From: Bugula neritina
Lineage: Eukaryota > Animalia > Bryozoa
Assembly: GCA_964035545.1 (NCBI GenBank)
Contig: OZ037771.1
Coordinates: 7,287,190-7,351,189 of the forward strand
Direction of reading: 5' to 3'
DNA: 64,000 nt
Shown: positions 1 through 23,000 of the stretch, one piece after another
Layout: the number at the start of each line of letters is the position of its first letter
How positions within the stretch are numbered: position 1 is the first letter of the stretch
Translations under genes and position numbers: made by a program
Notes under the pieces: model-generated
What the model saw: only the letters and a program-made list of their open reading frames with translations
What the model was told of the DNA's origin: nothing
Database searches by the model: none

Positions 1-3000
1 GGTTTGAGCGAAACATACAAGCTGGGAAGTGGACATCCACGCCCAGGATTTCTTTATGAATTTGCGCTAAGGACAATTAGTTTTGATCAGCTTTCCTCAC
101 CATCTACAAACTATACTATAAAAATGCGTAAGTTAAAATTGCTTTAAACAGCATTCTGATATTACCCTAAATACAAAATCAATAGTGATTCACATATTAG
201 TTTTATTGGTATTCTAGAAATCCAATAAAAACGAAAAAAATCTTAAGTTACTTTTCATTCAGAAAATAAGGTCACTTCAAAAAATAGGCAGTCTTTTGCA
301 TGACTTGCTTTTTTCATTAATGCACTGCTGGTATAAAAGAAATGCTAAAAAATGTGTAAGCAATATAATGTCAATATAATGAACTGTTAATTTAGCAACC
401 AATGATGTGCATATTTATTCAACTAGAGCTGTAAATTACAATATAACGTTGACTGATATATTTAAAAATAAATGCTTAATCTTCTCCTGTAGCTCCTGCA
501 CCTCCTCAAGGCTTTAAATTAATTACCGATACACTTAACCCAGTAAGAACATTTAGCTGGACTCTTTATCCCAATTCAGAGCAGGACAGAATGTACATCA
601 GGTTTTGTCAAAAAGCTAATCCCTCTGCATGCTTGCTAGAAAAAGATGTCCTAAGTTTTTCCTCTCTCAAAGTGACTATCAACCCAAAACTGCCATTTAA
701 TCAGTACATTGCGTATGCTTTCACTCAATCGAGAGGGATAAACAGTTCTCACAGTAATGTTGTGAGTTTTACTAAAGGTAAAACATGAATCATCTTTATG
801 TATAATTTACATGCAAAAACTGTAGTTATATAATATCATTGGCCATTACTTGTATAAATATGACATTATAACCAATTGATTTTAGAATAGCTTTGATGAT
901 AAGAATTAACAAAATTATAACAATACTGCTATCAAAAATTGAAAGTAACACTTTCATTTGAATTTATAGTTTTTCTTCTACTTGCTAAAGCATAAAAATG
1001 TAACATTTATTTTAATGAAGTATTGCAACAATCATAAAACATGCATTTGATTGTGTAAAAGAGTTCACACTGGTTTTGGCATTTTCTGTAGAACTATTTT
1101 TTAAACATCATGAAACATTGGAACAAAGGAAAGTTCCTTTCAAACTGACCTAATTTACATCATAATAAGTTATTTAACAAAATGCTTGCTTGCTTGAGCA
1201 AATATTAGATATAAAAAGTGGTAAACTTCAAGTGTGATATTTTTATCAATACAAGTCTTTATAACAGTGCTTTTTAGTGCTAGATATTTTCAAAACTACT
1301 ATATAATAAAGACGAACGTTGTTTTTTATGTTTTTAAATGCTTTTGATTTAAATCTCTGTGTTTTTGAATAATTATATTATTAATTTCACTCTATTTATA
1401 AGCTCATCTCCCTTTGTATTAAAGTTTTCCTTTACGTTTTTGGGCTAGGTGTATCTAACTCTTTTGTTTTGTTTTAAGAGCCTGCTTGTCCACACCCTGA
1501 AGCTCTTAATGGTAAAATACTTAATTCTAAAAATATAACACAATATTACTTCAAAGCTGAAAATGCATACCAAGTTTTGTGTTCTGATGGATATGAACTA
1601 AAGCCCCTGAACGAAACTTATAAAAACTATAATTCAACATGGTACTGTGATAAAGATCGCCAATGGGTTCGCAATTCTACATGCACGGGTAAAATATATA
1701 TTAGCAAAAATTTTATATAATATGTAGTACACACAATGCATTTAAAATCAATGCAATTGAAACACTTTTATGGTTTTGAAATTTTGTAAAACATCAGTTT
1801 TACAGATCTGTCTTTGGGTGTAGGTTACATACGTATCAAAACTTAAACCATAGTTTATTAGATTACACTCTCTATTTTACTACAAACTGTACATGATAAG
1901 AGACCTTCTAGGTAGCATTGTTTTTTATTTTATATTATACATATATTGCCAATAGAGTCTTATTATAATTTCATAAGCTATATTGTATTTTCAATACTAT
2001 AGTAAATAACAATATAACTATTTATAGCATTTATGCTTTAAAGACTTAGTACAGCTGCTGATATAATCAACATGTTAAGCAATTCTCTTATTTTTTATAG
2101 TCAATCATTGCAATACTTTTTTATTAGACTTGAAATTTTTTAATATCAAAATATGTATGAAAGCGCTATAGTTATTAAAATATATAATTGATATAAAAAT
2201 TGCTTTGTGATTGGATTATGCAAGTTTAAATTATTTTAGGAAAGTTTATGCACTGCTTCACACTATCAAACCAAATTCTATTTTTACGGAGTGTTCTATT
2301 AAAACACAAGAAAACATTTGGCAATTATCAAAAGGAAATTTTTTGAATAATAAAAGTTGAAGTGATGTTTAAAATGTGAGGATTTTTTAATTTTATTATT
2401 TTCTGTTTGCTTGTTCAATTGCATGTTATGCAATTATAAAACAATTTGTTTTGTAGCTGTACCAGGCACACTGATTCTTGTTCTTATTGGATCTGGATTA
2501 GCCATTATGTTGTTGCTAGGAGCCATAGTTTATGGGTCATACAGGTGAGCTTACTTATTTGAGTATTATGGTATCACCACCAATTAGAATTAAAATTACC
2601 TGTCTACTAAATAGCTCAATTTAAAGTTTATAATGTTACATCAATGAATTAAACAGAAAAAATAAGGCTGAAAATTGTAAAAGCAAAAATGATTCAAGTT
2701 GCAAATTTTGTTTATTTTCTGCCCGCGTAGTCTTTTTAACATTTAGAGTTCACTTTTCTATGACCATTTTTAGTATGAATTATAGGTAAGGTTTTTTTTT
2801 AATTTTAGCTTGAAAGCTAGAGATGTGAGAGAGAAAAGAATTGAAGCAGATGCGATAGCTGAAAATCGTCTAAGAGCTTCCACCATGATGATAAATGCAC
2901 AGAAAGCTTCTCTCAATGCTCTTGCTTCCTCATCAGCACTAGTAACTCCCTCCTTTAAAACACCAACCCCATCTCACAAGACAATGCACGCAAGGAACTC

Positions 3001-3025
3001 GTCATTTTTTCAACAAGTGCAATAG
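1..3025 (+). CDS. Receptor paralog A (5' part outside window): FN3-like domains - Sushi - TM - tyrosine-free tail
   Basis: Exons <1-127 (GHPRPGFLYEF), 493-777 (PAPPQGF..FSW..C-x7-C), 1479-1688 (four-Cys Sushi, CPHP..C..WYC..W..C), 2457-2544 (TM LILVLIGSGLAIMLLLGAIVY), 2809-3025 (tail). All GT-AG and in phase; matches the 3' half of gene B exon for exon. Confidence 0.9.
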
Positions 3026-3412
3026 AAAATTGCATAAAACGAAACTTGCATATACCGTAAAACTAAATTTGGATTAAAGTTGAGACTATTGTTTATACAA
3101 CGCTGTAAAATATTAAATTATGTATATCAGGTCTACTCTGGAAAAGATTAGTTAAGATTTTGCCAAATTCGAAACCTGTCACCTTTGTTGTTGACTTACG
3201 AAGGCTATTTCTAGAAGATTATCATTTTTAATAACGTAAATCAGAAATTTAAAATCTAGATGTACATTTACAATACTATTAACTTTATATTTTCAAACGG
3301 GCAAACTATTTGCTTTAGAAATGTAAATCTTTCAACATTTTTCACAAAAAATATAAATAAATAATTGCCACGTGTATTTCAATATTTTTGTATTTTGCTG
3401 TATTCTCTAAAG

Positions 3413-4299
3413 CAGTGGTTCTCAGCCTGAGAGGAATTTGTACATTTTAGGGAGGGATTTGAATTTTGAAAAATCCACAAGTTTTTATGACGGCTTGTTG
3501 AGCTCTTGCAAATTACATGTTTATGTGTATATCTGTAAACTTTCATCTCAATTCATTTAGTTAACCAAACTATATCCTGCAATCTTTGTCTACTTCAACA
3601 TGAATGTGTTTATTAATTACTCTACTCTATAAGAACTGCTTTCTGTGCTACTTTGAATGGAGGTCCAAAAATTTGCAAAATTCAACAGGCCAACTTTTAG
3701 CAGCCATGCGAGTCAATCTTTATAGCCTGTATACTACATATAACCTTGTAAATATATTTGCTACACTAAATAATCTGAACCTAAAAATGCAGGAGTGCCA
3801 TTGTGCCATTTTTACCTACTTTTCCATTTGTGCCGTTATTATCTGTGACATTTTTGCATACACCAGTTTTACCTAAAATATTTCTGGGTTTCAACTAGCA
3901 ACCGACCCATAGCTCACAAAGCAGAGTTTTGGTGCCATTCAACACCACATATCAGAGTGAGGTATAATTCTCATCAGTTCAAAATGAAGAAAAACTGCCC
4001 CAACCTGCAGGATGACTTAAGATGGCCTGGCCTGTTGTCAAAAACAGAGCCAGGCTTAAGCAAGCTGGCACAAAAGCTCAACTGCAGCTGTAACATTAAT
4101 AGCTGAACTGCTCTGTGATTTATAGCATAAAATAAAGTAACATAACTATATGATAATAATTGTATTATATGCAATATAATATAATAAAATACATTGCATT
4201 ATATCATATATTATCATTATGCCAGTCATACATTTTTTCGCTTTTCACAAAAGAGGGAAATTATTAGTCTACATTTATAAAAAGGCTGGGAACCACGTG
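3413..4299 (+). mobile_element. Non-autonomous hAT (Charlie/Buster-type) DNA transposon derivative
   Basis: Left TIR CAGTGGTTCTCAGCCT; right end AGGCTGGGAACCACGTG; 8-bp TSD CTCTAAAG/CTCTAAAA. Decayed transposase C-terminus (DDLR..LSKTEP..SKL) near 3980-4100. Confidence 0.75.
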
Positions 4300-4842
4300 C
4301 TCTAAAACATGTAGCATAGCTAAATAAACTTATGTAATGTATAGCAACAGATAGCAACAGTTTTGCAAGATAAGAGAAGCAGCTTTAAACATTACTTCTC
4401 TTAGTAAAATTATTATTAAGTAAAACGTCCAAGGTGATTTATTAGCTTAGATATTAAATGTCTTATTATATCAGGATATTTTGATAATTTTATAAGAACT
4501 TGAAAAAATAACTTAAGTTTTTTGAAGAGATAAATTAATGCATGTTAAAAAATTGCTAGTAAATTAACATTATAGTTATATAAGAAATTTCAATTTTTTC
4601 TTAAAAATATTTTTAAGTATTTTGCCTTATCACTATAATTCATCAAGTAGAAAACAAATTTAGATTTTTCAATATTGCCGCTAATATTGGTTAGATAAAG
4701 TCTGCTACTAAATATTTATATTATTTACCAAATCATGATTTAATTTGTGTAGCAAAGCATAATTATGCCTAACTTAGTAATTTTCATCAGCTATATTGCA
4801 TAGCAGCTCTATAAATTTCAAATAATGTACACATTCAACTTG

Positions 4843-4955
4843 AACTCACTCACAGTAGTTTATAGTCGGTATCCCTGTGAAAAACCCTGGATGGGAAGGG
4901 TTTTTCTTAAAACTTATTTAAATAAGGCACAGAGCAATTACGACTAGATGCTCTT
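4843..4955 (-). mobile_element. 5'-truncated copy of the tRNA-derived SINE
   Basis: Matches the 3' half of the SINE at 6009-6225 (tatccctgtga..gagcaatta.gact.gatgctctt). Confidence 0.7.
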
Positions 4956-5598
4956 AATCTTAGCTAACCCATGACCTCTACTCTACCCTCACTATGCAAA
5001 TGCTCTGATCTCTAAATCTCGACTGCTTTTTCTCTCAATGTATACACATTCAACCGTTCAAAATAAATATAGTTTTGCTATAATGTAACTTATAGGCCTA
5101 AATTCATCATAATTAAATTTCAGACAGAGAAACAAACACACAAACATGTTATTTGATATCTTTGCCATGCATCTGCCAAGTTCACTGAAATGCTGTGTTT
5201 AAAAATGATTATTAATTATGAAATTCAATTATTATATATGGCTTTGTTTTTGTGTTCATCCCTCTCAACAACTTAAACAATCAACTTTTTTAACAGCATC
5301 CTTTTGATTTCTGCTGCTTTTTCTCCTAATGTCTTATTATGGCATGGTTACATACATACGCTTCCAGAAGGGTTGTTGCCAAGAATTTTTTTTTTTATCT
5401 TTAGGTTCCAAGTAATGTATAGCTATATTACCAAAATAGTTTTTTAATATACGTTGAAATTTAAAAAACATTTATTAATTACCATTGTTGCTATTTTGAT
5501 TTGTTATAGCGCTAATAATATAAATACCATACTCATTTTATTTTAGCACAGCTATATTTTTATCTTTTCATAGACCATTGTTGGACAACTTAAATCAA

Positions 5599-15555
<9,957 letters not shown>

Positions 15556-17035
15556 CTTGAATTGTGTCATAACCAACTTTGGATTCAATTTCAGTTCATT
15601 TTTCATACGATATCCTGTTGAATATTAGACTACTTATCAGTAAGTCTAAAGTAGAAATAATAGCTATTTTGCTCAAATAGAAGCATGTAATTTTTATTCT
15701 TTATTTACTAAAGCTATACTTCTTGAACCTGACTTTTTGATTACTCTAAATCAGTAATTTAAAATGATACAAAATCAGTAAAAGCAGTATAGAATAACCT
15801 AAATGTTTCACAAACAGTTTTTATCCTTGAACATATTTTCTCAAAAAACCAATAAATTGATTTACATATATAATTCAAAATTTGCATAATTGCTGCATTG
15901 AATAACTGGTATTCTTACTACACAGTTTAATAAATTATACAATTTTTACTTCTCTAGCTTGAATGTTTTGGTAAGCTATAAAAATTGCAAATTTCTAAAA
16001 GCAGGGATAAATATATCTAAGCAATGCAAATCTATATGCACCAACAGTTTGTAAGTTAAGTTAAAAAGTTTAATAGCCTAATTTTGATTAAAAAACTGTT
16101 TGGTGAATAAAAATTCCAAAGTTATTTAGCTTAAATGGCTAAATATTTGATTATAAAAGTTTGCTTTTTTTAATAAATTTTTATTTTAGAACAGAAAAAG
16201 AAATTCAAAGTTTGCTGCTACTTATTTAACTAGATCCAGGCCTGTTATCCATGTCTATCTTAAGACTTAAATTGACTGATGTGATTTTATCAATTTTTCT
16301 TTTTTTCTTTTAATATATACATAACTTCTTTGTTTGATTATTATATTAAAACTGAAAAACTAACGCAACATTTGCAATAATAACTTTAAGTCTTCCTATA
16401 AATGAGTTCATTACAGTTATTTTAATTCATTACATTCAACAACTTTTTGACAGAAATAATCTAAATGCATAAACTATGTATTTACATGACACAATTAAAA
16501 GAACACAATATAATTATGTCTGTATGCTTTTCATACATATAATGTAGTAGAACAATAATTTTTTAACAGTAGTTATGTGTAATTTTTTTTTACATTCTTT
16601 TAATTCAATCAGCTATGAATTGCTGTCATGTATAAAAGATGCATGATTTCTGTAAGATTTCAACATAAACCTAATAGTTTCTGGCGTCTTACAAAGAATT
16701 GTTGTCTCTGAATAACTTCAAATCATAGTATAAAGCAACAGCTAGCATAAAGATTCTGTAAAGTGGTAAGTTTTTACTAGTAGAAGCTATAGTAGCTGTG
16801 GACTAAGCCTATATATAGCATATCCCAGTAGTGATCAGAAATGTTTATTAAATAATTGATAAGTTTTATACATTAAAATGTCAACAGCATATTTACAAAA
16901 ATATGTGTATATGTTTTTAGTAAAATAGTTCATTTCACTTACTATATTATACACAAAGCACTGCTTATAGTAAACTCAACCATCTGATGTGCTGAGTTGG
17001 TCTAGTTCTAAAGATCTAAAGTCTATAGCCCTATT

Positions 17036-20000
17036 TTAATTCCAATATCCAACAAAACCACTTTGGTTAGGCAAAGGATAAGTCCCTTGAGAAAATGTTC
17101 GTTTTGTGTATGACCTTGGGGTCATGGCTCCATTAGCCATTCCCACTGAATGAGACTTAGTTTGAGGATAGGGCATTGATGGGGAGTAAGACACGGATGG
17201 TGAGTAATTAGACAAACCCAGTGGTTGCAACTTTTTCGCTCTTTTGTTCACTAGCAGCATGCTTTCATCAAATCTTCCATTGTTAAGCGTCTTGAGCGTT
17301 AGCCTATAAAAATGTTTGACAGTTTTATTTAAATTAGAATAACTTTAGCATGTTCCTCACGTTTTGCACTTGCCTATTCAATTACAAGTTGGGTGCATAT
17401 ATATTTTGTATTGCTCATTTGTGATGATAACATATTAATATAACTTGAAGGATGTCTACTAGTTTCAGTATAATATAATTATAGTGATTTTAATATTAAT
17501 TCCAATGCCATCTATAAGTTTACCTGTGTCACAAAAATTAAACTTCAATTGTTGAGTATTAATGAAACCACTTAGTTAGTGTATATATTAAATATTACTT
17601 GGCATTGTAAATCAAGTTGATAAAATTAATGAAAAACTATTACATGTTCGATAAATACTATACTTTTAATTATAATTATGCTATATACTTAATTATTTTG
17701 GCGCCTGAAAATTGGAATGAAAATAGTAAAATTTTGTATTTTTAGCAGAAGAAACTGGCCAAAGATTGTACAAACTAAAGCTTTAAAAACATTTAGAGAA
17801 TTCAGCAACATCCCTTATACACTGCTGAGAAAATAAAAATATTTCAGTTTAAAAATTACTCATTTATTTTCTAAGTTAAAAGGTTTCAGGGTTTAAAATT
17901 ATCTTTGCTAATTCTATTTTCGATAACTCCATGCAAAATCTGTGATGATGAACATATTATAAATTACTGATTAATCAAACAAGTCCTTTATAGAATAACA
18001 AAACTCCAATATATATGATGAAATTTTGACTGCAAATACTCACTGGTGTATGCAACATGCAGATCCGAACACCAGGAAAGCTGATACAATAACACACACT
18101 AATATGATTATTACGGAGGAATTGGTAGTGGCTGTTTAAAAAAGAACGTATAGAGTCAATACATTTTGATTTATGCATTTGAAGGCAATGATAATTCTTG
18201 AGCATCAAATATTGCACTACTTATAACAACATATCAGCATATAACCATTATAAATAATAAATATTAAATACATGTATGAACATCATAGCTAAAGCATTTA
18301 AAAAGTATAAAAATGGTCACTTTCTTTCAAACACTCAAACTTTCAAAAAATAGTTTCAGATATAAACAAACAAATTGACATTAAATAATCCTGATTCTGA
18401 ATCTAGTTTGACACTAAATGTTTTAGACTGAAGTTATATTATTATATATTTCTGTTTATTTTTTTCAACAAAAGAGAAAACTTTTAATGACTATTTTGAA
18501 ACATTATTTTAATGATTGCAGTGAAAAAAAAAAAAATAGAGCTATAAAACAAGAGTCACTATTCCAAAACAATTTCTTTTTTAAAAAATGCATTTTTGGA
18601 TGTTATAACCAACTTTTTTACTTACCTACACATGTGGAAGTTTTTATCCAGTCTCCAGTTTTAGAACATGTCCATTTTAAATCATTTTTAGAATTTTGCA
18701 AGGGTGCCAACTTAAACTGCTTGTTGCACTGAATTCTATATCTGCTTCCAGTTTCAAAATAAAAAGCTGTTGAACCATTGGAGCCCAAAATCTCGCCATT
18801 CAAGTCAGTGGGCGGTTGACAGTAGGGCTCTTAAAAGTGAGTATTAGAAGTTGATATCTTCTAGTCTAGTATGTTTTATATAAACATCATTAGTTTTGGT
18901 GTATAATTATACTCATCAGTGTTTGTGAAACAGATTACAACCTATAGCCAAATGTATTAATTAAATTTGAATAAAGTAGGATTATCTAAGACAAGGAATA
19001 CATGCAGTAGGCAAAGTACTAATATAACATTATAACAAACCAATAAACATCTTTAAGTAAAAGCAGTGAGAACTTACTTATATCAAAGGTGAGCTTGTCA
19101 GTAGGAACGCTGTTTACTCCCATTGATTGAGAGAACATATACGCCACAAAGGTACCAAAGTTAACTTTTTCTTGCAAGATAAATCTAATGGGTAAGGGAT
19201 CTGTATACTTTTTCTCCAAAATGCAGCTGCCCATATCTTTTTTTAAACAAATTCGCAACACCAGGAGATCCATGTTATTTTTAATTGGTAAAGACCAACG
19301 AAAAATCTTGATTGGGGCAATATGGCCAGCAGATAGGACAAAATTCTCTGGAGGTTTAGGAGCTAAAAAAATTATACATAAATTCTTTCAACATCGGAAT
19401 ATTTCACTCAGAAAAAGATAAAATCTTAAAAACATTTATGAAGTAATTAATTGCAGTTAGAGAAATAGGTGCTGAGATTTTCTTCAACATTTCATGTGGT
19501 ATATATACATTCCAATGTCACTGTGTTTACTTTATAATTGTGAATATGACTCTTTAGGCAATTTAAAAGTCAACTTAATTGGCTTCAACTTTTGTTTTTT
19601 ATAGTGCATTACCTTTGGCAATGAATGCAATAAAAAAAGGTGTCATCTCACTTAGACAATTCCCAGTTAGCCTAGGGCCACACGGCACGTATTTTCGCAT
19701 GCAAAAATTGAAATCACAAGTAGCAAAAGTGTTCACTGTGCGCGTTGAGAAAACCTTCGCACTTGTCGCTCTGCATTTGCAACGCAATTGCGAATCGTCT
19801 CTGTCTTCGTCACCTAATTGGCTGGTAGTTATTCAGCGAGCCCAATTTCTTTATTTTAGTGCTACATTTCAGAAAATTGCGTTTTATTGAAAGCGAGTGC
19901 GATTTAAAAATGAATGCTTTATTTATCACGCATCACTGACGCTACAGTGGACACCTTTGCTACTTGTGATTTCAATTTTCGCATGCGAAAATATGCGCCG

Positions 20001-23000
20001 TGTGGCCCTAGGCTAAGACGATTTGCAATATTTCCCACTTAGACAATTCTCACTTAGAAGATATTTATAGATTTTAGTGTAATATATGTATTTTATGCTA
20101 TTATTTAGCACATATTAGAAAACAAAGAAGCCACCAGCAAGCCACTTACAGTAACAATGCTTCTATGAGAAGCCATCTTGCACAAACCTTAAACTTAAAA
20201 GTAAAAGATAGGAAAATATAATAAGAAAAAGTTGTAATCTAATAGTATGTGATATACCATGAAATTCATTTGTGCATTTTATTCTGCTATCTGTTATTAT
20301 GAATAAAATAAACTGTAGCTAAATTAGTATTGAGTTAAAGCAAATAGCTGGCTTGGTAGTTTATTTCATGTTTAGCAACAAATGCAACAGTTATATTTGT
20401 ATATTACTATATATATTGTACCAAAATTAAAAAATCGTCCAAGTGGGAATTGTCTAAGTGTGAAATATTGCAAATTGTCTAACTGGGAATCATCTAAGTG
20501 GGATGAAACCAAAATAACAAACTGCAACAGTAGACTTCACAAATACAGCACATGCAGCATTAATTTAGCTATCCTAGTAAGAGTTTATGTAAATTTTGCT
20601 AGTTTGATGTTTTTAATGGGTGACTTAAATAATGGCATCAAAACAAAGTTCATCTTAAAATCAAGTTCTAAGGATGTTGTCTGTTACTTGTATGCTACAG
20701 ACTTTCTGTTGTGGTAAAATCAGTTTTAACTAACAAAATTTAGTTTGTATAGTTCTATTTTTTGCTTTTATTTTAAGCTATTTGCAGCAAGCAGATGACA
20801 AGTACAATAATTAATAATCAGTAATCTACTAGGCACAGACCCACGAGGTAGTTATTTTGTATTACAGTATACTATTTTTTATTCAAATTTTGTCTTTTTG
20901 ATAATTTATGCTGTTGTAGTTTCAATGTAATTAATGGTGTGTCTTGTATTTATGTTTTTGTATTACTGTCAGTTTGTCATGTATTGTATAGTTAACATTG
21001 CATGTTTAAAATAGATTTCACTTTAAGCGGTTATATAAAAAAAAGGTTGGTAAAGGCTGGTTGGTTATATAAAAAATATTGGCTGTAAACATGGACAAAG
21101 ATGTTGAATGTTATATATTATAAGGATGAAATTCAATTGGCTCTCTGACCTAGTAGTTTATTCAGTGCTATAAATGAGCGTCAGACTTCATAGTTCCTGT
21201 AGTGCAATAGTTATCATGCCCTGATTTGTAGGTACTAGGGTGTCTGAGGTTTAATTCCCAGTGGTGGCATTTTTACAAGCTATTTTAGCATTGAGTTGAG
21301 TGTAGCAATATTCCTAAAAAACTAATAGCAGGGCATCGGGAGTCAAGAACCAACTAAGTAAGTGCCTGGTGAAGTTCTGGCGAACTGAGTAAATTATTCG
21401 TGTAGTATATTGAGATTTTCTAGTAGCCGCAGTAGAGTGTCAATTAGCACAATAGCTTGCAAGGTGAAAATCTGAAGTCAAACGTTAGATAGGGCAGCAG
21501 TTTCACATATTTTTTTCATAAAATTGTATTTACCTACAATGCTAATTACAAATACAAATTTTCTGTACAAGTTTTAATTACAGCTGATATATAAGATGAA
21601 CAGCTGCATGAACAAAATTGAATGGCATCGAAAATCTCAAAACTTTTAGCTAATAAAAAGGTATACAAAATAACTGAATTCTTCGGCCTATTAAATTGAA
21701 TTTTTCCTGAACTGTTTTCTATTTGCCAATGCAGGGCAAGATTAAATTATAGTCTTTAAAAGTTACAAAACTTCCATTAATAAGTTATGAATGGAAAGTC
21801 TTGACGCATTGATAAGATTTATAACATGAAAGTTATTTCCTCTACATCTTTGTTTATCACTGGATTCTCGTTGTATCGTATGAATTTGAGGTTGTAATTT
21901 GCATTAACTTATGTTTGCTTTTCATTTGATTACAAAAACATTACATAACTTATGCGAATGAAACGCAGTGTATTAGAGCTGCATTGAGAACAACAAAAAA
22001 CAAAAAACTATATATACACAAATAGCTACTTCCGTCAGTGGTATGCACTAAATAGCATGGGTGCTATTTAGTGCTTACTAGAGAAATTTGTAATATTCAA
22101 GCACAGAATGCAGGCTGCAGTTTTATAGAAATTAAAAAAAAACAATTCAGTGAGCTGCTCACAATGAATACCTGATTAAATTTTAACTGTTGTCAATGAA
22201 TAATTAAAGTCAACAACTGAAATTAGTGGTTTCAAAATATTCAAAGCTAATAAATTTATATATATCAATGTACCACCATGATTTAAAACAGGATGCAACC
22301 CTACTGTTGCAATATTCGCGTCAAAAGTTGTCTACTCTATTACAGAATAATTATTATGAGTGCTGATTATGCATTAACTAGATTAGTTGCAACGAAGTAA
22401 ATGTGCTAAATATACCAATATTTTTACATTTTGTCTTGCAAACAAATGAGGTCTTATAGGAACAACAAGGGATAAAATAAGATACATACGTAAGACTAAT
22501 GAGACTTTTTTTGGTAATGAGGATAGTGAATGAGTCCCAACCACTGAGGCCCAAAACTCGTACTGGGCTCCGTATATCAAAAGCTCATTTTGGAAACTAT
22601 ATTGCTTCAAAAAACTTTTTTCTTCATCGTCTAAAATAAAACCAATAAAGATGTCTTTATTTTTTGACAGCGATATACTAGTGAGAATGCAAAGTATTGT
22701 ATTGGTATTGCACTTTAGCACCAGTGTCGATTAATTGGTTGTACAAGTTTCTCCTGTTTAAAACCCTCTTATTACAATGTAAAACTGTTTAATTTAAAAC
22801 TCAATTTTTTTAACAGCATGCTTTCATTAACCAGGCGTAGTATTGAAATAAATCAAACTTCCATGTACACTGCTGATCTAAGCATGTTTCACAAAAATAA
22901 ATTTTATCATGTTATATTATTTATCTATTATTAGAATGCAGTTTGAAATATGTTATATTAAGGTCACACCCTATATTTAAAATATGAAAATAGTTCGAAT

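Noticed and set aside
17180-17210. Similarity of YSPS repeats to the RNA polymerase II CTD heptad
   Set aside because: Only two 6-residue units in a membrane receptor tail; superficial resemblance.
21139-21275. Second tRNA-like SINE head (GGTTTAATTCCC)
   Set aside because: Too degenerate, single copy in the window, no TSD found.
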